64,000 nt of DNA from Acidimicrobiales bacterium (GCA_050010115.1 JBEKLQ010000002.1:46741-110740); one strand, 5' to 3'. Positions 40,952-51,479 are shown, numbered from the stretch's first letter. Notes: generated by a model not told the origin, from the sequence alone. Made by a program: numbers and translations.

Positions 40952-42664
40952 TCAGGCGCGCGTGGCGCCTTCCGGCGGCCGGGAAGTGCCGGTGTAGGGC
41001 CGGGACATCGGTCCGATGGCGTTCAGGTCGACCTCGATCAGGTACGGCTTGGCGGCCGACAACGCGGAGCGAAGCGCCTTGCCGAAGTCGAGCGCCGTCG
41101 TGACACGCTCAGCCTCGACGCCGAGCGCCTTCGCAGCCGCGACGAAATCCGGCGACCCGAGCTCTACCCCGATCCGGCCCGCCTCCTCGCCGTACTGCTT
41201 GTCCTGGATGTTCCGAAGAATGCCGTACCCGCCGTCACAGAACACGATGACCACCACCGGAAGCTGCTCAGCCGCGAGCGTCGCCAGCTCGGGCAGCGTG
41301 AGCATCACACCGCCGTCGCCCGCCATCAGGATCACCGGCTCTGCTCGGTCATCGCCTCTCGCAAGCAGCGCGGCCGCCGCGCCAGCTCCGAGTGCGTGAG
41401 CAAGGCCGAGGCCGATGGCAAAGCCGTTCGGGCTGATCGCAGTGCGCGAACGCGCCACCGGCAGCAGCCGGTTGCCCCACGTGTAGGCCGGGATCGTCGC
41501 GTCCTTCACGACGACGGTTCCGGGAGCAATCGCGGCTGCCACCTCGTCGAGGAGGCCCTCCTGCGCTCCGATCACGTGCCGCAGCCGTGATCGGGCGGAC
41601 GCAGTCGCCTCGGCGACCCGCGCGGGCCAGCCCTCCTCCGCGCCTGCCGAAGGCCTGCTGTCCAGCGCCGCGAGGATCGCCGCCACGGCCTCCCTCGCGT
41701 CCCCGCGGAGCGGGACCCGGGCCTCGTAGCTACGACCCGGCCGATCGGGGTTCACGTCGATCTGGACGATCGTCTCGGGCAGTTGCATCTTCCAGTTCTC
41801 GGTGTTCGGCCCTTGGTAGCGGGTCCCGATGGCGATGAGCAGGTCGGCATCTCTGCACAGCGCTCGCACGTCCGGGTCCCACGAGAGATTGCCGATCACG
41901 GCGGGGTCGTCCTCGGGCAACACTCCCCGGCCGTTGGGGCTCATGATGACGCCGGCACCGATTCGCCGCGCGAGCTCTTGGATCTCGGCCTCGGCCCCGG
42001 CCGACACCGCTCCGCCGCCGGCCCAGAGCAGCGGGCGGCGGCTTGCCCGAACGACGTCCACCGCGCGGTCCAGTTCCCTGGGATCAGGCGCTGCCACCGC
42101 TACCGGCGACATGAGCGCAGTGAGCGTCTCACTCGGCACGAGTGCGGCGTCGGCGTATTGGAGGTCGATCGGCAGTTCGACGCAGACCGGGCCGCGGGGC
42201 GCCGAAAGGGCTTGCGAGATGGCGCCCGCGAGCACGGAGGCGATCTGGTCGGCGGACTGGGCGCGGTGGACAGCCTTCGACAACGAGCCGAGCATGGCGG
42301 GCTGATCGGGGACCTCATGGATGAAGCCGCGATCCTGGTCCAGATACGTCGTCTCCACCTGCCCGGTGATGTGGAGGACCGGTGAGCCCGACACGAAGGC
42401 CTCCAGCAGCCCGCCCATCGCGTTCGCCGCACCGGGGCCCGTCGAGGTCATGAACACGCCCAGCTTGCCGGTCACCCGGGCGTACGCGTCGGCTGCACCG
42501 GCGGCACCCTGCTCGTGGCGGACCGTGATGGCGCGAATGCGACCGCGCCGCCGCAGCGCGTCGTAGATCGGCAAGCTGTGCACGCTCGGGATGCCGAAGA
42601 CGACTTCGACGCCAGCCTGCTCGAGAACGTCGACGACGGCATCGCCGCCGGTGTGTTGATCCAT
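40952..42664 (-). CDS. Thiamine-diphosphate-dependent enzyme (acetolactate-synthase-large-subunit-like)
   Basis: ATG at 42664 (MDQHTGGDAVVDVLEQAGVEVVFGIPS…). …TSTGPGAANA…. TPP motif …MAGDGGVMLT…. Confidence 0.85.
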   Translation of the reverse strand: MDQHTGGDAVVDVLEQAGVEVVFGIPSVHSLPIYDALRRRGRIRAITVRHEQGAAGAADAYARVTGKLGVFMTSTGPGAANAMGGLLEAFVSGSPVLHITGQVETTYLDQDRGFIHEVPDQPAMLGSLSKAVHRAQSADQIASVLAGAISQALSAPRGPVCVELPIDLQYADAALVPSETLTALMSPVAVAAPDPRELDRAVDVVRASRRPLLWAGGGAVSAGAEAEIQELARRIGAGVIMSPNGRGVLPEDDPAVIGNLSWDPDVRALCRDADLLIAIGTRYQGPNTENWKMQLPETIVQIDVNPDRPGRSYEARVPLRGDAREAVAAILAALDSRPSAGAEEGWPARVAEATASARSRLRHVIGAQEGLLDEVAAAIAPGTVVVKDATIPAYTWGNRLLPVARSRTAISPNGFAIGLGLAHALGAGAAAALLARGDDRAEPVILMAGDGGVMLTLPELATLAAEQLPVVVIVFCDGGYGILRNIQDKQYGEEAGRIGVELGSPDFVAAAKALGVEAERVTTALDFGKALRSALSAAKPYLIEVDLNAIGPMSRPYTGTSRPPEGATRA

Positions 42665-42760
42665 GGGTGTACCTCTCCTCGTGCTCGGCGCCACCGTAGC
42701 CAGGGCGGCGAGGCCCGAGCATCCCTGGGTTTGACACACCCTCGTCGTATCGTGATCTTC

Positions 42761-44116
42761 ATGGCGTCATCGACCGGCTCGCGGAGCAGCTTCTGCTTCG
42801 TCCATGCCGCTGACCTGCACCTCGACACGCCATTCAAGGGAATCGGGAAGACAGCGGCCCCGGTAGCGGCGGCATTGCGCGAGGCGTCCCTCGAGGCGTT
42901 CGATGACCTCGTATCGCTGTGCCTGGAACGGCGTGCCGCGTTCCTCGTGGTCGCCGGCGACGTCTACGACGGGGCAGAGCGCGGCATCCGCGCACAGCTC
43001 CGGTTCCGGGACGGCCTGGCTCGCCTCTCTGACGCCGGCATCGCCACGTTCGTCGTGCATGGGAATCACGACCCGATCGAGTCGGGCTGGCCTGCCGTTG
43101 GTACGTGGCCGTCGGGCGTGACCGTGTTCGGGGCGGAGTCGGTCGAGGCGGTCCCGGTCGTGCGCGACGGACAGCAGATCGCCGTGGTCCACGGCATCTC
43201 CTACGGGCGACGGGAGGTCCGGGAGAACCTGGCGTTGCGTTTCTCCCGGGGAGCTGGGCCGGGCCTCCAAATCGGGGCGCTCCACTGCAACGTCGGTGGC
43301 GCTGCGGAAGGACACGAGGACTACAGCCCGTGCTCGCTCGATGACCTGCATCGCGTCGGCCTGGACTACTGGGCCCTCGGTCATATCCACACCACACTGG
43401 TGCTCAGCGGGCGGCCTCATGGCGACGAGCCGTGGGTCGTGTATCCCGGGAACCTGCAGGCACGCAGCCCGAAGCCGAGCGAGCGCGGCGCCAAGGGAGC
43501 GGTCGTCGTGGAGGTACGAGACTCGCGGGTCGCCAGCGTCGAATTCGTCGCGTGCGACAGGGTCCGCTACACAGGGCTGGACCTCGACGTCAGCTCACTG
43601 ACTTCCGTCGAGGCGGTGCGGGATCTCCTCGTCGACGAAGCTCAGAGCGAGCTGGACCGGGCGGGCGGGCGGTGCCTGGTGCTGCGGGCCCGGCTGACGG
43701 GCAGGAGCGAGGCGCACGCGTCGCTGCAACGGCCCAGGACGATCGATCAGCTTCTGGAGTCGGTACGCGACGACCGTGAGCTGCGGCGTCCGTGGTGTTG
43801 GTGGGACCGCATCGAGGACGCGAGCGCGCCACTCATCGATGTCAGCGAGCTGAGGGGCGGCTCCGATTTCGCGGCGGATCTCATCGGGACGTTCGATCTG
43901 TTGGTTGCCCAGGTCGCCGCCAGCGGTACCGGGGCCGGGCTGGACACGGACCTGGCGGCCGATCTCGCCGAGGAGATCACGGCGACGCTTCCAAAGGTGC
44001 TCCGTGCACGGGCGCTCAGCTCCGGATTCGATGCTGCCGATCTGCTGGCAGCCGGCCTCATGACGGCGCTCGACGAGCTGGGAGCCGGCGAGACCTTCGC
44101 TCGCACGGGGTACTGA
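42761..44116 (+). CDS. DNA-repair exonuclease, SbcD/Mre11-like metallophosphoesterase
   Basis: FVHAADLHLD, AGDVYD, HGNHDP, LGHIH motifs. ATG at 42761. Confidence 0.8.
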   Translation: MASSTGSRSSFCFVHAADLHLDTPFKGIGKTAAPVAAALREASLEAFDDLVSLCLERRAAFLVVAGDVYDGAERGIRAQLRFRDGLARLSDAGIATFVVHGNHDPIESGWPAVGTWPSGVTVFGAESVEAVPVVRDGQQIAVVHGISYGRREVRENLALRFSRGAGPGLQIGALHCNVGGAAEGHEDYSPCSLDDLHRVGLDYWALGHIHTTLVLSGRPHGDEPWVVYPGNLQARSPKPSERGAKGAVVVEVRDSRVASVEFVACDRVRYTGLDLDVSSLTSVEAVRDLLVDEAQSELDRAGGRCLVLRARLTGRSEAHASLQRPRTIDQLLESVRDDRELRRPWCWWDRIEDASAPLIDVSELRGGSDFAADLIGTFDLLVAQVAASGTGAGLDTDLAADLAEEITATLPKVLRARALSSGFDAADLLAAGLMTALDELGAGETFARTGY

Positions 44117-44181
44117 CGTGGCTCGGTGCCAGCGGGTTGGACTTATGGCCTCGTGGCCGCGCCTGAGAGAAGGTGGCTGAG

Positions 44182-47082
44182 ATGCGGTTGTCCTCGTTCC
44201 ACATCGACGGTTTCGGAGCGCTCAACGACTTCGGGCTCGACGAGATGGCGCCCGGGCTCGTGGTCCTGCTCGGGCCGAACGAGGCCGGTAAGTCGACGTT
44301 GTTCGATTTTCTCGCCGGCGTCCTGTTCGGTTTCCCCACGAGGAGGGACAACCCACGCTTCCACGCGCCGGTTCGCGGGGGACGTCATGGCGGGCGCGTG
44401 AACTTCCTCGACGAGGCGGGAGGCACCTGGACCGTCGAGCGGTACGCCGGCACGCAGCGGAGCCTCCGGGTTCGGCTTCCCGACGGCTCAGAGGGAGACG
44501 AGCGCAGCTTGACTCGGGCCCTCGCAGGCGCGAGCAGCAGTCTCTTCCGCGCCGTGTTCGCTGTCGGGCTCGACGATCTGGGGCAGATGGACAACCTGGA
44601 GAGCGACGAAGTCCGCGAGCTCTTGTTCGCGGCGAGCATCTTCGGTCAGCGGCACTCGGCTACGAAGGCTATGAAGCACTTGCTCGATGCCCGCGACGAT
44701 CTCGCCCGGCCACGGCGTGACGATGCGGTCGCGAACCGCCTCGGACGGGAGCTGGAAGGCGTTCGATCAGACCTCTTGGCCGCTCGGCATGAATCAGCCG
44801 GCTACGAACAGTTGCAGCACCAAGCCGAGCGGATCGACGGGGAGGTGCGAGCGATCCGATCCGGCCTGCTCGAGCTGCGCAACCGGGAGCGCGAGCTCCA
44901 ACTGCTCGAACGGTGCTGGCATCCCTACCGCAAGGGCAACGCGGCACGAGGCGAATTGGCGACCTTGCCCGAGGCAGGACTCGCCTCGGCGCTGCTCGAA
45001 CGGGGACCCGAGGTCCGCTCCCTCGCTGCCGGGCACTCTGGCCACCTCGAGCGGGTGGAGAAGCTTGCCGAGCTCCACCTGTCGGCAGAGAGGCTCAACG
45101 AGTCGATCGAGGGAGCGTTGTCGTCGCTTGGCACAGGCTGGACGAGGGAGCGAGCCCGCTCGATCGTCGCTCCACAGCTGCTCGCCGACACGGCGCGTGC
45201 CACCTTCGCCCGGCTGGGCGAGCTGAGAACCGACCTCGCCTCTGCCGATGCCGTGCTCGCGCAAGTCGAGGCGCTGCTCGCCACATCGGAAGCGGCCCAG
45301 CATGCGGGGGACATCGTGCCCGGTGGACAGGTTCCGACATGCTCGGAGCTCGAGCAGCGAGCGGAGGCGCTGGACGAGCTGAAGCAGCGCTTGGCCGAGG
45401 TGGAACACTGGGAGCTCGCGCGACTTGCCGAAGAGCGGGACGCCAAGACGGACGTCCCAGTCACGACCACGCCGGAACGCTCCACGCGCCTGGCCGCCAT
45501 CGCGCTCGCCGCAGCTGGAGTCGTCGTCGCCGGCCTCGGCGCCGCTTTGTTAGGTCATGGGCTTCTGGCGATCGCGTCAGTGACGCTGCTCCTCGGCATC
45601 GTTCTCGTCGTGTGCGGTGGGCTGCTGCTCGTGGCGTTGTCCCGGCGATCTGCCTCGTCGAGAGCCGGCAAGAGCGCGGAGACCGGCGATACAGGAGAGG
45701 CTGCCGGGGCATCCAGACAGGCTGCGGCTGGCCGGGCCGCCCTCCTCGATCGCGGCCGGGCTCGTGTGGACGCGCTCGCCGGCACGCTCGGGCTCGACAC
45801 ACCGGCGTCGCGGGTCGACGTCGAGCGCTGCGCTGCAGCCCTGCAGCGACAGCGCGACGAGCGGCGCAAGCTCGACGACCGGGCGGCGGCGCGATCCGAG
45901 GCCGAGGACCGGGTCGCGGGCGCACGTGACGCCCGGGAGCTGGCACTCGGCGCCCTCGGCGCCGAGTGCCAGGCTCACGGGGCCTGGTGCGCCCGCCACG
46001 GTCTGGCCGCAGGCGGCGAGCACGAGACACTCGAGGCGGTCGCGGCGCTGATCGACATCCACGGGAAGCTCGACGCCCTGGATCGGGTCTCGAAGGCGAC
46101 GGCGGAGATCGAACCGTCCGTGAGGGCCTTTGCCCGGCGATGCCAGGAGCTGCTCGACTCGATCGGCGCTGAGGGTGTCGCGAATGCCGCCTCGGAGCGC
46201 GCTGCCGACGACGCCGACGCTCTCGGCGCCCAGGTGACGCGACAGCTTCGCCGGCTGGATGACGCCGTGGCGGTGGAGGCTCGACGGGCCGAGCTACAGC
46301 GCGACGCGGCCGTTGCTGCCGCAGAGCTGGAGGACGCGCTGGGTGCTGGGGACGACGGCAATCGCCTTCGGCGCGAGCTCGCTACCGGCAGTCTGCTCAA
46401 ATGGGCCACCGAACGCGAGGAGCTGCAACCGTCGATCGAGGACCTGCAGCGAGCCGAAGAGGCCGCGGTCCGCCAGCACCAGTCGACTGCCGAAGCCATG
46501 GCCCAGATCGCCGGCTCGGATCGTATCGCCGAGCTCGAGCAGCGCGAAGCCGAGCTCACCGTAGAGCTGGATGGGGTGCTGCACGAGTACCTCGTCCTCG
46601 GAACCGCGCGGTCTCTCCTGCAGCGGACTCTCGCTCGGCACGAGCGCGAGCGCCAGCCAGCGGTTATCGCCAAGGCTGCCGCACATTTCCAGCGAGTCAG
46701 CGGCGGCCGGTATGTGGGCCTTTGGGCCGACGCCGGATTCGACGGCAAGCAGGCGATCCGCGTCGTGTCGACCAAAGGCGAGCCCATCGATGCGGCCAGT
46801 CTCAGCCGGGGCACGATCGAACAGCTCTACCTGTGCCTGCGCCTCGGCTTGGCTGACTGCTTCGCCGAGCGGTCCGTTTCGCTGCCTGTCGTGCTCGACG
46901 ACGTGCTCGTCAACTTCGACCCGGAACGAGCGCGCGCGGTGGCCACCGAGCTCGCCGCCAGCGCCCGTACCCACCAGATCGTCTTCATGACCTGTCACCC
47001 TCACCTTGCCGAGCTGGCGCTGCGTGCGAGCAGCGAAGGGCCGACGCGGTCTCAACTGATCGAGCTCGGGCGGGTCGCGTAG
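44182..47082 (+). CDS. SbcC/Rad50/YhaN-like AAA ATPase with long coiled coils and a central two-TM hairpin
   Basis: Walker A LLGPNEAGKST. C-terminal signature and Walker B: LSRGTIEQLYL…LPVVLDDVLVNFD. Long E/A/L/R-rich coiled-coil regions. Hydrophobic segment at 45490-45639. ATG at 44182. Confidence 0.8.
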   Translation: MRLSSFHIDGFGALNDFGLDEMAPGLVVLLGPNEAGKSTLFDFLAGVLFGFPTRRDNPRFHAPVRGGRHGGRVNFLDEAGGTWTVERYAGTQRSLRVRLPDGSEGDERSLTRALAGASSSLFRAVFAVGLDDLGQMDNLESDEVRELLFAASIFGQRHSATKAMKHLLDARDDLARPRRDDAVANRLGRELEGVRSDLLAARHESAGYEQLQHQAERIDGEVRAIRSGLLELRNRERELQLLERCWHPYRKGNAARGELATLPEAGLASALLERGPEVRSLAAGHSGHLERVEKLAELHLSAERLNESIEGALSSLGTGWTRERARSIVAPQLLADTARATFARLGELRTDLASADAVLAQVEALLATSEAAQHAGDIVPGGQVPTCSELEQRAEALDELKQRLAEVEHWELARLAEERDAKTDVPVTTTPERSTRLAAIALAAAGVVVAGLGAALLGHGLLAIASVTLLLGIVLVVCGGLLLVALSRRSASSRAGKSAETGDTGEAAGASRQAAAGRAALLDRGRARVDALAGTLGLDTPASRVDVERCAAALQRQRDERRKLDDRAAARSEAEDRVAGARDARELALGALGAECQAHGAWCARHGLAAGGEHETLEAVAALIDIHGKLDALDRVSKATAEIEPSVRAFARRCQELLDSIGAEGVANAASERAADDADALGAQVTRQLRRLDDAVAVEARRAELQRDAAVAAAELEDALGAGDDGNRLRRELATGSLLKWATEREELQPSIEDLQRAEEAAVRQHQSTAEAMAQIAGSDRIAELEQREAELTVELDGVLHEYLVLGTARSLLQRTLARHERERQPAVIAKAAAHFQRVSGGRYVGLWADAGFDGKQAIRVVSTKGEPIDAASLSRGTIEQLYLCLRLGLADCFAERSVSLPVVLDDVLVNFDPERARAVATELAASARTHQIVFMTCHPHLAELALRASSEGPTRSQLIELGRVA

Positions 47083-47210
47083 GAGCGAGTACGCCTGGCT
47101 CATCAGATGGCGCCCGAGAGCGGGCCGACGAGTCCCGGATCGTGCGGCTTGGCTCGATCGACGGACCACTTAGGCTCACCGGCCAGCCCCCGGCGACCAG
47201 GAAGCGCCGC

Positions 47211-48476
47211 TCAGAACGGAGTCGTGCAGTACGGCGGGCGGTCGTTGGCAAACATGCGAGCCGCCAATTTCGCCGCGCCCGCTGAACGTTGCCGGATGCG
47301 CCCGACCTCGGCGAGTGGCAACGGCGACACGCCGCCCAAGTAGATGCTCGCCAGCGTGGAGGCATCGAGCTCGACGTCCGGCTCGGCCCCAGTCCGCTCG
47401 ACCTCGGCACTACCCCACTCCTCGGCAACGACCATGCGATAGCTGCCTGAGTTCCAAGAGCAGAACGGATCGGAGACACCGATCACAAGGTCGCCTGGGA
47501 CCGCGTAACGGCGAGCGCCGAGGCAGAGTCCGACGTCGACAAGCCGTACCCATGACCGGTCGTTGGTCTGGACGCAGCGCAGCTGACGCGGCTCGGCGAG
47601 CAACCACTTGATGGGCTCGTCAATAGGACGCCCGGGAGCGCGAAGCTCGACGGTGAGATCGACCCCTAGCAGGAAGCCCCAAGTCGCCACGTACGCAGCA
47701 GGAGTCAACGCGCACAACTCGTGCACGACGAGCCGGCGCGGGTTGTGCGCAGGACGCTCGATGAGGACCACCTCGTAGGCGACATACCCGTCGAGGCGTC
47801 CGTCCTCCTCGTACACGGCATAGAAGCGCCGGGCGAGGTCGTCCCCGCCGGCTTCGCCGAGAGCTGTGGTGTAGTCGATCTCGTGGCGGTCGAGCTCCCC
47901 CGCCCGAGTGGCGGCGTAGTCGGAGTACACGGCGGGAAACGCCTCGGCGGCTTGGTCTCGCCGGAGCAGTCGCATCCGCCCTGGCGCGAATTCCTCGGCC
48001 GACCTCGCCAAGCGGCCGACTCGCTTGTCGACCAGGTACGTGGAGCCGAACGTCGACTGGCCGTAGCCGAAGCGCCCGTAGATCCCGCCCTCGCTGGCGT
48101 ACAGCGCGGCGGCGATCTCTCCTCGACCGCGGATGTCTTCCAGCTGGTAGCGCATGAGCGAGCGCAGGCGACCCTGGCGCCGGTGCGAAGGCAGCACTGC
48201 GACGGCGACCACCATCGCAGTCGGCACACGGTGCAGGCCTGGGACCGTCATCATCGTGTGCTCCGAAGCGGCCGTTCCAACGACCTGGCCCTCGTCACGG
48301 GAGACAGCGACCCGATCCCGGTCCATGCCCGCGACCACGAGGTCGAGGAACCCCTGTGACATCCGAGCGCCGAAGGCCGCCGCGTCGGTGTCGACGAACG
48401 CGTCGACCTCGTCTTCGCGCAACGAGCTGATGGGGAACGAAGGATCGTCGGAGCGGCTCACGTCGTCGGGGGCCAT
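47211..48476 (-). CDS. Eis-like GNAT N-acetyltransferase (GNAT plus C-terminal SCP2-like domain architecture)
   Basis: 421 aa. …VAVLPSHRRQGRLRSLM… (acetyl-CoA motif). Overall layout matches the enhanced-intracellular-survival family. Confidence 0.7.
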   Translation of the reverse strand: MAPDDVSRSDDPSFPISSLREDEVDAFVDTDAAAFGARMSQGFLDLVVAGMDRDRVAVSRDEGQVVGTAASEHTMMTVPGLHRVPTAMVVAVAVLPSHRRQGRLRSLMRYQLEDIRGRGEIAAALYASEGGIYGRFGYGQSTFGSTYLVDKRVGRLARSAEEFAPGRMRLLRRDQAAEAFPAVYSDYAATRAGELDRHEIDYTTALGEAGGDDLARRFYAVYEEDGRLDGYVAYEVVLIERPAHNPRRLVVHELCALTPAAYVATWGFLLGVDLTVELRAPGRPIDEPIKWLLAEPRQLRCVQTNDRSWVRLVDVGLCLGARRYAVPGDLVIGVSDPFCSWNSGSYRMVVAEEWGSAEVERTGAEPDVELDASTLASIYLGGVSPLPLAEVGRIRQRSAGAAKLAARMFANDRPPYCTTPF

Positions 48477-48633
48477 GGCAGCGAGTCTGTCACGGTGTTA
48501 CAGCGACATCGGTCACGATCCGGGCAACCCGGCACCTCGGGACCCCCTCAGGTCAGATGTGGGCTGGGTCTCAAGAACAGGAGGCCTCGTGCCGTCGCTG
48601 ACGCCATTGTTCGGTGGGTCAACCCCCCGGCCA

Positions 48634-48663
48634 GTCCTGAGCCCGACGTAGGCGGCTCAGGAC
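48634..48663 (-). terminator. GC-rich hairpin just downstream of ispG (candidate factor-independent terminator without a U-tract)
   Basis: Perfect 10-bp stem gtcctgagcc (48634-48643) / ggctcaggac (48654-48663) with a 10-nt loop, 6 nt after the ispG stop. No T-run follows, so function is uncertain. Confidence 0.3.
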
Positions 48664-48669
48664 GGCCGG

Positions 48670-49929
48670 TCAGTTATCAGCAGGTGGATGGGTCTCGCGT
48701 TCGTGCTCGATGGTCTTGCGAATGAGCTCGACACGCGCCTCGCTCGCGTTCACGTCATCACCCTGCGCTTCGACCAGAGCGCGGCGGTCGGCTTCGGCCT
48801 CGGCGGCCGCGCCGGCGTCAGCCGCCGCCAGCCGAGCCTCGATGCCTTCGGCTACGAGCTTCTCCGCCTCGGCCACAAGGGCTTCGACCATCTCGTCCTC
48901 CGGGACGACCCGGACGATCTGCCCCTTGATGAACAGGTGCCCGCGCTTGCGGCCTGCCGCGATGCCGAGGTCGGCCTCTCGCGCCTCTCCGGGGCCGTTC
49001 ACGACGCATCCCATAATGGCGATCTGCAGCGGAAGGTCCCGCTCCTCGAGCAAGGCCTGCGCCCGCTTCGCCACACCGATCACGTCGATCTCAGCGCGGC
49101 CGCATGAGGGGCAGGCGATGAGGTCCACGCCCTTCCGCTCGCGGAGGCCGAGCGCCTCGAGCAACTGCCGCCCGGCGCGCGCCTCCTCAACCGGATCGGC
49201 CGTCAACGAGTACCTGATCGTGTCGCCGATCCCTTCAGCCAGCAACGTGGCGATACCCGCCGTCGCTTTCAACAGGCCGGCCGGAGGTGGCCCGGCTTCG
49301 GTGACCCCGAGGTGGAGCGGATGATCGAACGTGTCGGCAGCCAAGCGGTACGCCTCGATCATGAGCGGGACGTTCGAAGCCTTGACCGAGATCTTCACGT
49401 CGTGGAAGTTGACCTCCTCGAAGTACGCCAGCTCCATGCGAGCCGATTCGACCAGCGCCTCGGGGGTGGCCCCGCCGAAGCGCTTGTACAGCTCAGGGTG
49501 CAACGATCCGGCATTGACCCCGATACGGATAGGGACGCCGCGGTCGCGTGCCTCGGCTGCGATCTGCTTGATCTCTTCAGGCTTGCGCAAGTTGCCGGGG
49601 TTGAGCCTCAGGCCATGCACGCCGGCATCGAGTGCTGCGAGCGCCATCTCGTGATGAAAATGCACGTCGGCCACGATCGGGACCGGTGACCTCGGCACGA
49701 TACGAGCCAGGCCTTCCGCCGCCGCCTGCTCGTTGCAGGTGCACCGCACGATGTCGGCGCCGGCGGCCGCGAGCGCGTACACCTGGGCAAGCGTGCCCTC
49801 GACATCCGCTGTCTTCGTGACGGTCATCGACTGCACGCTGATCGGGGCGCCTCCGCCGACCGCGACGTTGCCGACCTTGATCTGGCGCGTCATGCGCCGT
49901 TGTGTCGTCGCCACCGCTGGTCGTGCCAT
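48670..49929 (-). CDS. ispG: 4-hydroxy-3-methylbut-2-en-1-yl diphosphate synthase
   Basis: …RRMTRQIKVGNVAVGGGAPISVQSMT…, …IACPSCGR…, …MGCVVNGPGE…. Start taken at the ATG at 49929. An Ala/Glu-rich C-terminal extension is present. Confidence 0.9.
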   Translation of the reverse strand: MARPAVATTQRRMTRQIKVGNVAVGGGAPISVQSMTVTKTADVEGTLAQVYALAAAGADIVRCTCNEQAAAEGLARIVPRSPVPIVADVHFHHEMALAALDAGVHGLRLNPGNLRKPEEIKQIAAEARDRGVPIRIGVNAGSLHPELYKRFGGATPEALVESARMELAYFEEVNFHDVKISVKASNVPLMIEAYRLAADTFDHPLHLGVTEAGPPPAGLLKATAGIATLLAEGIGDTIRYSLTADPVEEARAGRQLLEALGLRERKGVDLIACPSCGRAEIDVIGVAKRAQALLEERDLPLQIAIMGCVVNGPGEAREADLGIAAGRKRGHLFIKGQIVRVVPEDEMVEALVAEAEKLVAEGIEARLAAADAGAAAEAEADRRALVEAQGDDVNASEARVELIRKTIEHERETHPPADN

Positions 49930-50054
49930 ACCTTCGAGACTAGGACTCGTCAGCCGTGACGATCGCGCGGGAGCGGCCACGCGCGGGCCGGCGGAGCGGG
50001 GGCGGTGGCGGCGCGTGCCGCGAAAAAGTCGCAGGAGAGCAGGCCGGCGGCTTC

Positions 50055-51479
50055 TCAGCCGCCCGGCAGGTGAACGGGCTGGACGATATTCGCGTACAGG
50101 GCGCCCAGGCCGATGATGACGATGAAGGCCAGGAAGAGGTAGGCGAACGGCAGCAGCTTGGTGATGTCGGCGTGGTACGCCCGGCCTTTGCGCGAGCGGA
50201 GGCGCTCGTAGACGGCGATGGCAACGTGGCCCCCGTCGAGCGGCAGCATCGGCACCATGTTGACCACCCCGACGAACAAGTTGATGGCCGCCAGCAGCAA
50301 CAGCAGGTTAGAGATCCCGTAACCGATCACCTCGGAGCCAAGCTCGATCGCTCCGAGGAACGAGAGGATCTGGCCGTTCGACGACGAGCCACCGCCACCG
50401 GCCGTGCCGGCCGATCCGCTGCAAGGACTGCCACCGCCGCCCTTGCTGCCGCCGCTCCCGGGGCTTGTCGTGCTCGGATGGTTGCCGGCGGTGGCGACCT
50501 GATGACCGAATTCTTGCAGGCCGTGGAGTGAGAACACCTCGGCCAGCCCGGAGAAGGTCCCGCCTACGAGGCTCCCGAACTGAGACGTCGTCTTCGAGAT
50601 GGACGCGAGCGGGCCGTAGGTGACCTGCCGGGTGGTGCCTAGCTCGACGCCGATCTCTGCCTTCTCGTGATGCTGGGTACGGCCGTTCGAGCAGACCGCC
50701 ACCTGGCGATTGACCGGCGTCACGACGAGGTGCACGGCGTGACCGCCTCGGCGGACGACCACGTGAAGACGCTTCCCGGCACTCTTCGAGATGACGGCGG
50801 TCAGGGCCGAGTACGTCGGCGTGGCGTGCCCGTCAACGGAGACGAACACGTCGCCGGCCCGGAAGCCTGCGAGCCGGGCCGGCGCCGGCTTGCCGCCGAA
50901 TTGCAAGAGACTGTCCACTGTCGGCGCGCTCGACGTCGCCACGCCAGCCAGGGCGAACGCGCTCCACACGAGCACGAACGCAAGGATGAAATGCGAGATC
51001 GACCCGGCACTGGCGACGAGGACGCGCCGAGGGAAACCGGCCTGGCGATAGCTCCGGGTCTCGTCGGCGGGGTCGACCTCCTCGAGCATCGTCATGCCGA
51101 CGATCTTCACGTAGCCGCCCGCCGGCAGCGCCTTCACGCCGTAGGTCGTCTCACCGCGCCGCACGGACCACAGCTTGGGTCCGAAGCCGAAGAAGTACTC
51201 CGTGACCTTCATGCCGCTCCACTTTGCGGTCGCGAAGTGAGCCAACTCGTGCACCATGACCATGACGACGAGCGCGAGCACGACGACGAGCACGCCGACA
51301 CCGTGGAGGATGATGGCGGCCCCGACGAACGCGAGCACGACGAGAGCCAGCTTGGCCAAGGCCGCGCCGAGGCTGGAGGACCCCTCGCTCTCCTTTCCAC
51401 CTTCCCCGCCCGATCGCGCGGGTTGGGGGTCGCCAGAGGCAACCGATCGAATGTCGCCTGTCGAGGAGCCGACGCTCAA
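50055..51479 (-). CDS. Site-2 (RIP) zinc metalloprotease, M50 family (RseP/Rip1-like)
   Basis: HELAHF (HExxH), PDZ-like middle, NMVPMLPLDGGH. Gly/Ser-rich insertion. The start is a TTG at 51479 overlapping the dxr stop, and is uncertain. Confidence 0.85.
   Translation of the reverse strand: MSVGSSTGDIRSVASGDPQPARSGGEGGKESEGSSSLGAALAKLALVVLAFVGAAIILHGVGVLVVVLALVVMVMVHELAHFATAKWSGMKVTEYFFGFGPKLWSVRRGETTYGVKALPAGGYVKIVGMTMLEEVDPADETRSYRQAGFPRRVLVASAGSISHFILAFVLVWSAFALAGVATSSAPTVDSLLQFGGKPAPARLAGFRAGDVFVSVDGHATPTYSALTAVISKSAGKRLHVVVRRGGHAVHLVVTPVNRQVAVCSNGRTQHHEKAEIGVELGTTRQVTYGPLASISKTTSQFGSLVGGTFSGLAEVFSLHGLQEFGHQVATAGNHPSTTSPGSGGSKGGGGSPCSGSAGTAGGGGSSSNGQILSFLGAIELGSEVIGYGISNLLLLLAAINLFVGVVNMVPMLPLDGGHVAIAVYERLRSRKGRAYHADITKLLPFAYLFLAFIVIIGLGALYANIVQPVHLPGG

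Noticed and set aside
42761-47082. The SbcD-like plus AAA-ATPase pair as a dedicated anti-phage defence system (Lamassu, Gabija or Wadjet type).
   Set aside because: The two-gene architecture and motifs fit the widespread YhaO/YhaN (SbcEF)-type repair pair. No additional defence-specific components such as helicase, kleisin, TIR or SIR2 are adjacent. Only the TM hairpin is reported as notable.
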